Assembly (NCBI GenBank): GCA_022822525.1
Contig: JAJEBN010000048.1
Coordinates: 2,493-66,492, forward strand
Reading direction: 5' to 3'
Source: Acidimicrobiia bacterium
GTDB taxonomy: Bacteria > Actinomycetota > Acidimicrobiia > Acidimicrobiales > Poriferisodalaceae
DNA length: 64,000 nt
The notes beneath the pieces are model-generated. The model saw only the letters and a program-made list of their open reading frames with translations, did no database searches and was not told where the DNA came from. Positions 10,822 through 20,521 of the stretch are shown here, in pieces (within the stretch, counting starts at the first letter, position 1; every line of letters starts with the position of its first letter). The translations under genes and the position numbers were made by a program.

Positions 10822-10941
10822 GAGGCTGAGCCGAATGGCGAAGCCGTGGCCCGAGCGGCCCGTGAGCCCAATCGCATGAGACACGGGGAACAAGAGCGGA
10901 AAATGATGGCGGTACGACACGAAGGCACGTGCGGGCGACCG

Positions 10942-11148
10942 GTGACAGCGCCTGTGATCGATGCTTCGCGGATGGCCATCTCCCCCGCAGCGACAGCGGA
11001 AGAGGCTGCCGCCATCGTCACGGCGCTCGAGCTGCTGTGGCCCCAGCCAGTCCCAGTCGCCCCCCATGCGGCGACGTCCAGCAAGTGGCGTTTCAGCGGC
11101 CGTCCCTGGCACGCTCCCACGTCCTGGCCCGCCGTCCGCTACCGCTAG
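10942..11148 (+). CDS. Acyl-CoA carboxylase epsilon subunit (AccE-like)
   Basis: Sits immediately after pccB. The short protein has AEEAAAIVTALELLW...KWRFSGRPW, typical of AccE. The ORF-track start at 10846 lies inside a repeat; GTG 10942 or ATG 10972 is more plausible. Confidence 0.55.
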   Translation: MTAPVIDASRMAISPAATAEEAAAIVTALELLWPQPVPVAPHAATSSKWRFSGRPWHAPTSWPAVRYR

Positions 11149-11180
11149 CCGTGCCAGCAGCCTCGAATCCCGCTGCGGCC

Positions 11181-12305
11181 ATGCCGCTCGACGGCCTGAG
11201 AGTCGTGGACCTGTCATCGGTGTTCGCGGGGCCGCACTGCGCCCGCTACCTGGCCGATTTCGGTGCCGACGTCATCAAGGTGGAGCGCCCCGGCGGCGAC
11301 ACCGTCCGCAACATGGGCTGGCGTGACCCCCAAGGCGAGACCTTGTGGTGGCGGCTCGTCAACCGCAACAAGCGCTGCGTCACGCTCGACCTCAAGGCCG
11401 CCGCCGACCTGGCCGTGCTGCGACGGCTGCTGGCGGTCGCCGATGTGCTGGTGGAGAACTTCCGGCCGGGCAAGCTCGAAGCGCTCGGCCTGGTGCCCGA
11501 CGAGCTGATCGCGGCCAACCCGAAGCTCGTGATCGTGCGGCTGACCGGCTTCGGCCAGGACGGCCCGTACCGCGACCGGCCGGGCTTCGCCACGCTCGCC
11601 GAAGCCATGAGCGGCTTCGCCTCGATGAACGGCGAGGCCGATGGCGCCCCGCTGCTGCCGCCGGTGGCGCTCACCGACGAGATCGCCGGCCTGGCCGGAG
11701 CGTTCGCGGCGATGGTGGCCTTGCGCAGCGGCGTCGGCCAGGTGGTGGATGTCAACCTGCTCGAGTCGATGTCCCAGGCGATGGGCCCGCTGATGACCGC
11801 CTGGCACACCGAGGGCTACTTGCAGCCCCGCCTCGGATCGGGCATCCCCTACAGCGTCCCCCGCGGCACCTACCAGGCGTCCGACGGCGGCTGGCTGGCC
11901 GTCAGCAGTTCCACCGACTCGGTTGCTGCCAGGGTCATGGAGATGATCGGCATCGGCGACGACGAGCGATTCACCACCTTCGAAGGCCGCATGGCCCACC
12001 GCGCCGAATTGGACGAGGCCATGGCCGACTGGGTGTCCCAGCGCACGCTCGCCGAAGCAGTCGAGGCATTCGACAACGCCCAGGCGGCCGCGGCGCCCGT
12101 CCTCGACATGAGCCAGCTCGCCGACGACCCGCACGCCCGATCCCGGGAAGTGTTCGTGGAAGTCGACGGGCTCATGCAGCAGAACGTGATCGCCCGCCTG
12201 AGCGCTACGCCCGGCCAAGTCCGCTGGATCGGCCGCAACGAAGGCGCCGACAACGACTGCCTCGCCGACATCGCCGACGCCGACGACCCCTGGCCCGCTC
12301 CCTGA
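11181..12305 (+). CDS. Family III CoA-transferase (CaiB/BaiF)
   Basis: MPLDGLRVVDLSSVFAGPHCARYLADFGADVIKVERPGGD. The track ORF (10929) is extended upstream in an Arg-rich, non-coding-looking stretch; the ATG at 11181 fits the family N-terminus. Confidence 0.85.
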   Translation: MPLDGLRVVDLSSVFAGPHCARYLADFGADVIKVERPGGDTVRNMGWRDPQGETLWWRLVNRNKRCVTLDLKAAADLAVLRRLLAVADVLVENFRPGKLEALGLVPDELIAANPKLVIVRLTGFGQDGPYRDRPGFATLAEAMSGFASMNGEADGAPLLPPVALTDEIAGLAGAFAAMVALRSGVGQVVDVNLLESMSQAMGPLMTAWHTEGYLQPRLGSGIPYSVPRGTYQASDGGWLAVSSSTDSVAARVMEMIGIGDDERFTTFEGRMAHRAELDEAMADWVSQRTLAEAVEAFDNAQAAAAPVLDMSQLADDPHARSREVFVEVDGLMQQNVIARLSATPGQVRWIGRNEGADNDCLADIADADDPWPAP

Positions 12306-12309
12306 ACCG

Positions 12310-13674
12310 TCAGTCTCCGGACGAGATCGGCTCCACGCCCTTCAGCTTCAGCAGCACCCAGCGCCCGGCTTTCATCAGCGGGTAGGTGAAGCGCGAGATC
12401 AACGGCGAGCTGAACGCCAGCCGGTTGAACTTGCTGAATGCGCCGCGGTCCGCCGCCAGCAGCGCCAGCACGTGCAGCGCCTCGTGGCCGACGTAGTGCC
12501 GGTCGCCGATCTTCACGACCATCCCGTCGTTCAGGTCGTGCGGCAGCCGCCGTACTTCCTCCACGATGGGCCCGCCCTGGCGCGCATCGACCAGCACGAA
12601 CTCGCCGACCGATTCCCGCAGCCGCAGGTACTGGGCGTAGTTGTTGCACATCAGGCACTCGCCGTCGTACACCAGCCAGACCCGGTCAACCTGCCGAGGC
12701 TGCTGTGACTGCTGCCGCCGCTTCATAAGGCGGAACGGTATGCCCACCAGCGGCAGCGACTGCACGGTCCCCGACAGCGAGAACCGGTCTGGAGCAAGCG
12801 GGGACAGCAGCAGGAACAGGCCCAGCATCACGATGTTGAGCGAGAACGAGATGTTCATCAGCCAGTCGCTCGTGATGTGGAACACCATCAGCACTGCACC
12901 GAACAGCCGGTGCAGGTGGGGCCGGAACACCACCAGCAGCGCGAAGACCTCGATGTAGAGCGTCAGCCACCACATCGACTGCGCCAGCCAGTTGTGCTGC
13001 GCCACGAACGGCAGCAGCACCGGGATGTTGTCTGCTTCGAGCAGTGCCCGATCCAGCAAGATCCTCGACATCGCGTCAGGCGAGAACACCTCGAGGCGGC
13101 TGTGCCAGAGCTTCCAGAAGCCCGACAGCGTGTACGACAGCAGGATCAGGCCCTGCGCAAACCACAAGACCGTGAGGCACGACAGCACGTTCTTGCGGGC
13201 CATGCGGCGGCCGTCGTCGCGCCGCGGCAGGAACAGCAGCGCAAAGCCGACGAACAGCATCACGTGCGAGCCGTGATTGATGGCGCCGTAGGAGTTGGCC
13301 AGCGACACGTGCAACAGCAGGTAGCCGAAGCTGCCGAGGCGCCACAGCAAGAACCTCGGGAACCCAGCGGCTGCGATGGCAAACAACAGTCCGACCACCG
13401 TGATGACTCGGTCGTGTGCGAACCACCCCAATCCGGTGAGCCACTGCACGGCGTCGATCGGCCATAGCGGCGCGGTGGGCGGGCGCCCCGTATAGGCCCG
13501 GGCGAACTGCAGTCCCGAGGTGCCGATGTTGAAGGCAAGAAACAGGTAGTAGAAGCGGCTGAGCATGACCACATCGGCCGCCGCTCGGGTCAGCTCAGCC
13601 GGCGAGCGGCGCTCGGCCTCGCCGGCCTGCAGGACCGACCTGCGGATCCAGCGCATCGACCGCTTGACGTGCAC
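12310..13674 (-). CDS. Polytopic membrane protein (HTTM-like N-terminal domain) fused to a DCC-family thiol-disulfide oxidoreductase domain (DUF393)
   Basis: 454 aa with about 8 hydrophobic segments. The C-terminal VYDGECLMCNNY carries the DxxCxxC signature of the DCC family. The HTTM assignment rests on remembered family features (NHGSHVMLFVGFALLFLP). Confidence 0.6.
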   Translation of the reverse strand: MHVKRSMRWIRRSVLQAGEAERRSPAELTRAAADVVMLSRFYYLFLAFNIGTSGLQFARAYTGRPPTAPLWPIDAVQWLTGLGWFAHDRVITVVGLLFAIAAAGFPRFLLWRLGSFGYLLLHVSLANSYGAINHGSHVMLFVGFALLFLPRRDDGRRMARKNVLSCLTVLWFAQGLILLSYTLSGFWKLWHSRLEVFSPDAMSRILLDRALLEADNIPVLLPFVAQHNWLAQSMWWLTLYIEVFALLVVFRPHLHRLFGAVLMVFHITSDWLMNISFSLNIVMLGLFLLLSPLAPDRFSLSGTVQSLPLVGIPFRLMKRRQQSQQPRQVDRVWLVYDGECLMCNNYAQYLRLRESVGEFVLVDARQGGPIVEEVRRLPHDLNDGMVVKIGDRHYVGHEALHVLALLAADRGAFSKFNRLAFSSPLISRFTYPLMKAGRWVLLKLKGVEPISSGD

Positions 13675-13680
13675 TGCCGC

Positions 13681-14211
13681 CTACTCCGCGTCCGCCGACG
13701 GACCGATGCGGCCGGTCTGGGTATTCCACCGGCCGATGACGTCGACCGGCCGGTAGAAGTCGGTCCTCAGCGCCGTGCCGTCCGCGAGGTCGTCGACGCC
13801 GTCCCGCACATCACGCAGGTCGATCTTGGCTTCGACGATGCTGAAATCGATGCTCCGATCGCCGAGCGCTTGCCGCACGATCGGAACCAGCACATCTTCG
13901 ACCGTGCGGTCGCAGGGATCGCCCCGGCGGCACGCCCAGGCGGTGGTGCTCAGCACCTTCCAGTCCCGGATGTCGGTGCTCGGGATCAGGTAGAAGTCGC
14001 CGTCGACTGGCTCGCCGTCGATCGCATCGATGGCCAGGCCGAACTCAGTCGTCTCCCAGTCGGGGACGTTCGCAAAGAGCTTCCACTTGAAGAAGGGGAA
14101 GACCTCGGTGTGGTCGTCTTCGAGCACCCCGTTGAGCGGGATCATGACGATGTAGAGAACGAAGAACGCCGGAACCAGCAGCCTGGCAAGCCGGAATCGG
14201 TTCTTCAGCAA
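13681..14211 (-). CDS. Hypothetical N-terminally anchored protein
   Basis: The ORF 13681..14385 overlaps the mutase 3' end. A TTG at 14211 gives LKNRFRLAR plus a TM helix (LLVPAFFVLYIVMIPL) and a ~150-aa soluble domain. Lies 6 nt upstream of the next gene. I recognise no family. Confidence 0.45.
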   Translation of the reverse strand: MLKNRFRLARLLVPAFFVLYIVMIPLNGVLEDDHTEVFPFFKWKLFANVPDWETTEFGLAIDAIDGEPVDGDFYLIPSTDIRDWKVLSTTAWACRRGDPCDRTVEDVLVPIVRQALGDRSIDFSIVEAKIDLRDVRDGVDDLADGTALRTDFYRPVDVIGRWNTQTGRIGPSADAE

Positions 14212-14266
14212 AGAACTCGCACCCCTGGACCTCGCAACCCAACGACCCAGCGGCCCGGCAACCCAG

Positions 14267-16246
14267 TCAGGCCGAATTGGCGCGTGACTGCTCGGCCAAG
14301 CCGGCGATGTCGGCCATGATCGCGGACAGCTCGAAGTCCTTCGGCGTGTAGACCGCGGCCACGCCCGCGTCGCGCAGTGCCTCATGGTCCGCAGGCGGGA
14401 TGATGCCGCCGACGACGACCGGAGCGCTCACGCCTTCGGCGTCGAGGCACGCCAGCACCTCGGGCACCAGCTCGAGATGCGACCCCGACAGGATCGACAG
14501 GCCCACCACGTCCACGTCCTCGTCGCGTGCCGTCGCGGCGATGTGGCTCGGGGTCAGCCGTATGCCCTGGTACACCACCTCCATGCCGGCATCGCGGGCT
14601 GCCACGGCCACCTGCTCCGCGCCGTTGGAGTGACCGTCGAGACCGGGCTTCGCGACCAGCACCCTGGGCGGCCCGCCGGCCATCGCCGCGCACTTCTGTG
14701 CGACAGAGGCCAGACCCGGTCCCCGTGATGCCGTGCTCGCAGCACCTGCGCCGCCCAGCCCGGTGGGTGCGCGGAACTCGCCGAACACCTCGCGCAGTGC
14801 TTGGGCCCACTCGCCGGTGGTCACACCCGCATGGGCGGCCTCGATGCTCGGGCCCATGATGTTGACGTCGCCGGTTGCGGCCACCCGCAGGTCGTCCAGC
14901 GCGGCGACGACCCGGTTCGAGTCCCGGGTGCTGCGCCAGCGCTCGAGGTCGGCCACCAGCTCGGCTTCGGTCTCGGGATCCACCCGCAGGATCGACTCGT
15001 CGCCCTCCAGCGGGGACGGCGCGGTCTCGGTGAACTCGTTCACGCCCACCACGGTCAGCTCGCTGGCTTCGATCTGGCGCACCCGTTCGGTGTGACTCGC
15101 CACCAGGCGCCGCTTCAGCTCGTCGATCGCGGCGAAGGCGCCGCCCATCTCGATGACGTCGTCCAGCTCTGCCTGGGCCGACTCTGCCAACTCGGCGGTC
15201 CGGCCCTCGACCACCACCGAGCCGTCGAAGATGTCGCCGTACTCCAGCAGGTCGGTCTCATGGGCGAGCACCTGCTGGATCCGCAGCGACCACTGCTGGT
15301 CCCACGGCCGCGGCAACCCCAGCGCCTCGTTCCAAGCCGGCAGCTGCAGCGACCGGGTCCGCGCCCGCTGTGACAGCGTCACGCCGAGGGCTTCGAGCGT
15401 GATGCGGGCCACGTTGTTCTCGGGCTGCGCCTCGGTGAGCCCGAGCGAGTTCACCTGCACGCCGTAGCGGAAGCGCCGCAGCTTGGGGTCGGCCACGCCA
15501 TAGCGCTCGGCGCAGATCCGGTCCCACATCTGGGTGAAGGCCCGCACCTTGCAGACCTCCTCGACGAACCGGATGCCCCCGTTCACGAAGAACGAGATGC
15601 TGCCCACCGTGGCGTCGAAGCGCTCGGGGGGCACCTTGCCGCTGTCGCGCACCGCATCGAGCACGTCGATCGCGGTGGCCAGCGCGTAGGCGATCTCCTG
15701 GGTGGGCGTGGCGCCCGCTTCCTGCAGGTGGTAGCTGCACACGTTGATCGGGTTCCACTGCGGCACCTGGGCCGAGCAGTAGGCCACCACGTCGACGGTG
15801 AGGCGGCGGCTGGCCTCGGGCGGGAAGATGTACGTGCCCCGGCTGAGGTACTCCTTGACGATGTCGTTCTGGGTCGTGCCTCGCAGGGCCACCGGCGCCA
15901 CCCCGGCGTTCTGTGCGTTGGCGATGTACAGGCTCAGCAGCCACGGCGCGGTGGCGTTGATGGTCATCGAGGTGTTCATGGCCTCGGGCGGGATGCCGTC
16001 CATGAGCTGGGCCATGTGGCCCAGGTGCACCACCGGCACGCCGACCTTGCCGACCTCGCCGCGCGCCATCGGATGACCGGGGTCGTAGCCGGTCTGGGTC
16101 GGCAGATCGAACGCCACCGACAGTCCCGTCTGGCCCTTGGCCAGCATCGACCGGTAGAGCTCGTTGGACGCCCGGGCCGTGGAATGCCCCGAGTACGTGC
16201 GCATCAGCCACGGCCGCGAGCGCCGTGGCGCATCAGACTCAGCCAC
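14267..16246 (-). CDS. Fused B12-dependent acyl-CoA mutase (methylmalonyl-/ethylmalonyl-CoA mutase family: catalytic plus cobalamin-binding domains)
   Basis: 659 aa; RTYSGHST, GQTGLSVAFDLPTQTGYD, and a C-terminal DxHxxG motif (GLDGHSNGAEQV). GTG start lies inside a tandem repeat. Confidence 0.85.
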   Translation of the reverse strand: MAESDAPRRSRPWLMRTYSGHSTARASNELYRSMLAKGQTGLSVAFDLPTQTGYDPGHPMARGEVGKVGVPVVHLGHMAQLMDGIPPEAMNTSMTINATAPWLLSLYIANAQNAGVAPVALRGTTQNDIVKEYLSRGTYIFPPEASRRLTVDVVAYCSAQVPQWNPINVCSYHLQEAGATPTQEIAYALATAIDVLDAVRDSGKVPPERFDATVGSISFFVNGGIRFVEEVCKVRAFTQMWDRICAERYGVADPKLRRFRYGVQVNSLGLTEAQPENNVARITLEALGVTLSQRARTRSLQLPAWNEALGLPRPWDQQWSLRIQQVLAHETDLLEYGDIFDGSVVVEGRTAELAESAQAELDDVIEMGGAFAAIDELKRRLVASHTERVRQIEASELTVVGVNEFTETAPSPLEGDESILRVDPETEAELVADLERWRSTRDSNRVVAALDDLRVAATGDVNIMGPSIEAAHAGVTTGEWAQALREVFGEFRAPTGLGGAGAASTASRGPGLASVAQKCAAMAGGPPRVLVAKPGLDGHSNGAEQVAVAARDAGMEVVYQGIRLTPSHIAATARDEDVDVVGLSILSGSHLELVPEVLACLDAEGVSAPVVVGGIIPPADHEALRDAGVAAVYTPKDFELSAIMADIAGLAEQSRANSA

Positions 16247-16320
16247 GGCCGCGAGCGCCGTGGCGCATCAGACTCAGCCATGGCCGCGAGCGCCGCGGCG
16301 CATCAGATGCAGTCACGGGC
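16202..16320. repeat. 35-bp tandem repeat, about 3.4 copies, spanning the mutase start codon
   Basis: Copies at 16202-16230 (29 nt, 6 nt missing), 16231-16265, 16266-16300 (33/35 identical) and a partial copy at 16301-16320. Unit: catcagactcagccacggccgcgagcgccgtggcg. Confidence 0.9.
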
Positions 16321-16321
16321 G

Positions 16322-17029
16322 TTAGCCCTCGAGCATGCGGAAGACCATCGGTCGCAGCCAGATTTCCGGCAGCGGTCGGGTGATGGCCTCGGCCAGCAGT
16401 TCGAGGTACGCGGCCCGTTCGACCTCCACGGCACCCAGCCCGGCCAGGTGGGGGGTCGTCCACTGCACATCCAGCAGCGCGCCGCCGGTCACCTTGAGTG
16501 CGTCCACCAGCGCCACCAGCGCCACCTTGGAGGCGTCGCTCTCGGTGTGGAACATCGACTCGCCGGCGAAGAAGGCGCCCACCGCCACCCCGTAGAGACC
16601 GCCCACCAGCTCGTCGTCGAGCCAGGCCTCCACGCTGTGGGCCCAGCCATGCTCGTGCAAGGCCAGGTAGGCGCTGTGCATGTCGTCGCTGATCCAGCCA
16701 TGGGGCCGGGCGGGATCGGCGCATGACTCCAGCACACGCTCGAAGGAGGTGTCGATGCGGATGTCGAAGCGCCGGCATGCCCGACGCAGTGAGCGGCTGA
16801 CACGCAGGTAGCTGAGCGGCAGGATGCCGCGGGGGTCCGGCGACCACCAGCCGACGGTGTCGCCCAGCGGCATCGGGAACAGCCCGGCCCGGTAGGCGCC
16901 GAGCAGCGTGCCGGGCTCTAGGTCGGCACCTGCGCCCACCAGTCCGTTCTCGTCCGCCGTCGATGCCGGCGGGAATGACCATCCCGACGCAGGTGGTTCC
17001 GTCGGGCCGTCTTCTGACTGGCGCTGCAT
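16322..17029 (-). CDS. aat: Leucyl/phenylalanyl-tRNA--protein transferase
   Basis: 235 aa; GLFPMP, WWSPDPRGILPL, GESMFH, DVQWTTPHLAGLGA. Confidence 0.85.
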   Translation of the reverse strand: MQRQSEDGPTEPPASGWSFPPASTADENGLVGAGADLEPGTLLGAYRAGLFPMPLGDTVGWWSPDPRGILPLSYLRVSRSLRRACRRFDIRIDTSFERVLESCADPARPHGWISDDMHSAYLALHEHGWAHSVEAWLDDELVGGLYGVAVGAFFAGESMFHTESDASKVALVALVDALKVTGGALLDVQWTTPHLAGLGAVEVERAAYLELLAEAITRPLPEIWLRPMVFRMLEG

Positions 17030-17085
17030 CGTTGCGAGCCTACGCCTGTTGCCGTCGGGCCGTCGGATGTGCGCGGCGGCGCAAC

Positions 17086-18015
17086 TCAGCCACGCGCATC
17101 GCCGTATGCGTCGATTTGCGCCAGGGATGCCTCAGTGACCGTCACGTGTTTGACGACGACCTCGGTGGCGGGCACGTCACCCGCTTCGGTGTCGACGCCG
17201 TCGATCTCCATGACCGTGTCCATGCCTTCGATGACGTGGCCGAGCGGCGAGTACAGCGGCGGCAGGCCGGCACCGTCGGGGCCGGTGATCACGAAGAACT
17301 GCGAGCCGTTGGTCGCGGGATTGCCCCGGTTGGCCATGGCGACCGAGCCGATCCGGTACCAGTCTTCTGGCGGGAAGGCACCGGTGAACTGGTAGCCGGG
17401 TCCGCCCCTGCCGAAGTCGAGCTGCACATCGCCGCCCTGGATCACGAAGTCGGAGATGACCCGGTGGAACAGCGTGCCGTCGAAGGCTCCCCAGCGGGCG
17501 AGCACCACGAAGTTGTTGACGCTGTCGAGGTCGAGCGTGGGGTCGAGCACCATCGTGAAGTTGCCCATGTCCGTCTCGAATTCGGCCGCGTACAGCGTTT
17601 CGGCGTCGATGCAGATGAGCGGTGGGGCATCGAACTGATTGCGGGGTCCCGAGCTGCCGTCGACGGCCGGGCAGTCGGGCACATCCGCCTCGGTCGCCTC
17701 CGGCACGGCCTCGGTGGTGTCGGCGCCGGCGTCGCTCGTCTCGGCGGGATCCGGCGCGGCTGCGGTGTCGCTCGGCTCGTCGGTCTCGAACACGGTGACG
17801 GGGGGCGCGTCGGTCGCCACGGGCGCGTCGTCGCTGCTCTCGTCGCCGTCGCCGCTGAACGTGCTCCACAGCCACAGTGCGATGAGCACTGCAGCCACGA
17901 CGAGCACCACCCGGAACACCTTGCGCCCGGTGGTGGAGCGCTTCTTGGCGCGTTCGGCCTCGGCGATCGCACGCATCCGGTTCTCGCGCTGGCGTTGTCT
18001 CTTCTCGCTGCCCAT
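17086..18015 (-). CDS. Membrane-anchored cyclophilin-type peptidyl-prolyl isomerase
   Basis: 309 aa; N-terminal TM segment (VVLVVAAVLIALWLW), acidic linker, FHRVISDFVIQGGD and NGSQFFVITG. Confidence 0.85.
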   Translation of the reverse strand: MGSEKRQRQRENRMRAIAEAERAKKRSTTGRKVFRVVLVVAAVLIALWLWSTFSGDGDESSDDAPVATDAPPVTVFETDEPSDTAAAPDPAETSDAGADTTEAVPEATEADVPDCPAVDGSSGPRNQFDAPPLICIDAETLYAAEFETDMGNFTMVLDPTLDLDSVNNFVVLARWGAFDGTLFHRVISDFVIQGGDVQLDFGRGGPGYQFTGAFPPEDWYRIGSVAMANRGNPATNGSQFFVITGPDGAGLPPLYSPLGHVIEGMDTVMEIDGVDTEAGDVPATEVVVKHVTVTEASLAQIDAYGDARG

Positions 18016-18189
18016 GAGCGGCGTTCTCCGTGTAGCTGAGGGGACTGGCGAACCCTGCCGGCGGTCACACTACCGAGGCCCACTCCCCGGCTCGGTCGGG
18101 TGCAGCGCGGGCGCATACCGGCGGGCTGCGCCGGCATGGCCGGAAAATCCCGACCGAGGCGCTGAGGCGTCCCGGTACCATCGCCCGAC

Positions 18190-19416
18190 GTGCCTCTGGT
18201 CGTGCAGAAGTTCGGCGGAACGTCGGTCGCCAGTGCGGCGCGCATGCGCGAGGTGGCCGACCACGTCAAGCATTGCCGCAGCCGCGGCGATGAGATCGTT
18301 CTTGTGGTCAGCGCGATGGGCTCGGAGACCGACGAGCTCATCGGCCTCGCGAATCAGATCAGCGACGAGCCGTCCGGCCGCGAGATGGACATGCTCATCA
18401 CCGCGGGCGAGCGCAAGGCGATCGCATTGATGTGCATGGCGTTGCACGACGTCGGCGTCCCGGCCGACTCGTTCACCGGCAGCCAGGCAGGGTTCCTGAC
18501 CGACACCAACCACCGCAACGCCAAGATTCTCTCGGTCACCCCCAAGCGCGTGATGTCGTCGCTCGAGGCCGGTCGTGTCGCCGTGGTGGCCGGCGCGCAG
18601 GGTGTGTCCACCGACAACGACGTGACCTTTCTGGGCCGTGGCGGTTCGGACACGACCGCGGTGGCCTTGGCGCACGGTCTCGGCGCTGACGCTTGCGAGC
18701 TCTACACCGATGTGTCGGGGGTGTTCACGACCGATCCCCGGGTATGCACCCGCGCCCGCAAGCTGGCGCGGATCGGTTTTGACGAGCTGCTCGAGATGAC
18801 CGCCATGGGCTGCCCCAAGCCGGCCGCCCGCTCGGTCGAGGTTGCCCGCACGTACGGCGTTCCCCTGCACGTGCGCTCGGCATTCACATGGGAACCAGGA
18901 ACGTGGGTCGTCGACCCGGAGACAGGCATGGACGCGAGAGAGATGGAGCAGCCGATCGTGACCGGCATCGTGCCGGACGCGTCGCAGGCCAAGGTGACGC
19001 TGGTCGGCGTGCGCGATGAGCCCGGGATCGCCGCCAAGGTGTTCCGGACGCTGGCCGATGCAGCGGTGGTCGTGGACATGATCGTGCAGAACGTGGGCGA
19101 TCACGACCGCACCGACATCTCGTTCACCGTGCCCGCCGAGAGTGCGGATCAGGTGCGGGCCATCTGCGAGTCCATGGTGAACACGGTGGGCTTCTCGTCG
19201 GCCAACACCGATGTCGATATTGCGAGGGTGTCGCTGGTCGGCGCCGGCATGGCCAGCCATCCCGGGGTGGCGGCCACGATGTTCGAGACGTTGGCGTCCC
19301 AGAACATCAACATCGAGATGATCTCCACCTCGCCGATCCGCATCTCCTGCGTCGTTGCCGAAGCAGACGTAGACCGAGCCACCGTCGCCCTGCACACAGC
19401 CTTCGGCCTCGACTGA
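18190..19416 (+). CDS. lysC: Aspartate kinase
   Basis: 408 aa; VVQKFGGTSV and C-terminal ACT domains. GTG start. Confidence 0.95.
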   Translation: MPLVVQKFGGTSVASAARMREVADHVKHCRSRGDEIVLVVSAMGSETDELIGLANQISDEPSGREMDMLITAGERKAIALMCMALHDVGVPADSFTGSQAGFLTDTNHRNAKILSVTPKRVMSSLEAGRVAVVAGAQGVSTDNDVTFLGRGGSDTTAVALAHGLGADACELYTDVSGVFTTDPRVCTRARKLARIGFDELLEMTAMGCPKPAARSVEVARTYGVPLHVRSAFTWEPGTWVVDPETGMDAREMEQPIVTGIVPDASQAKVTLVGVRDEPGIAAKVFRTLADAAVVVDMIVQNVGDHDRTDISFTVPAESADQVRAICESMVNTVGFSSANTDVDIARVSLVGAGMASHPGVAATMFETLASQNINIEMISTSPIRISCVVAEADVDRATVALHTAFGLD

Positions 19417-20493
<1,077 letters not shown>

Positions 20494-20521
20494 GACACAG
20501 TGCCGAGGTTCTGTGGGCCGG

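Noticed and set aside
16202-16320. A CRISPR array
   Set aside because: The 35-bp units are directly adjacent with no spacers, there are only about 3.4 copies, and they overlap a coding start. This is a simple tandem repeat. No cas genes are in the window.
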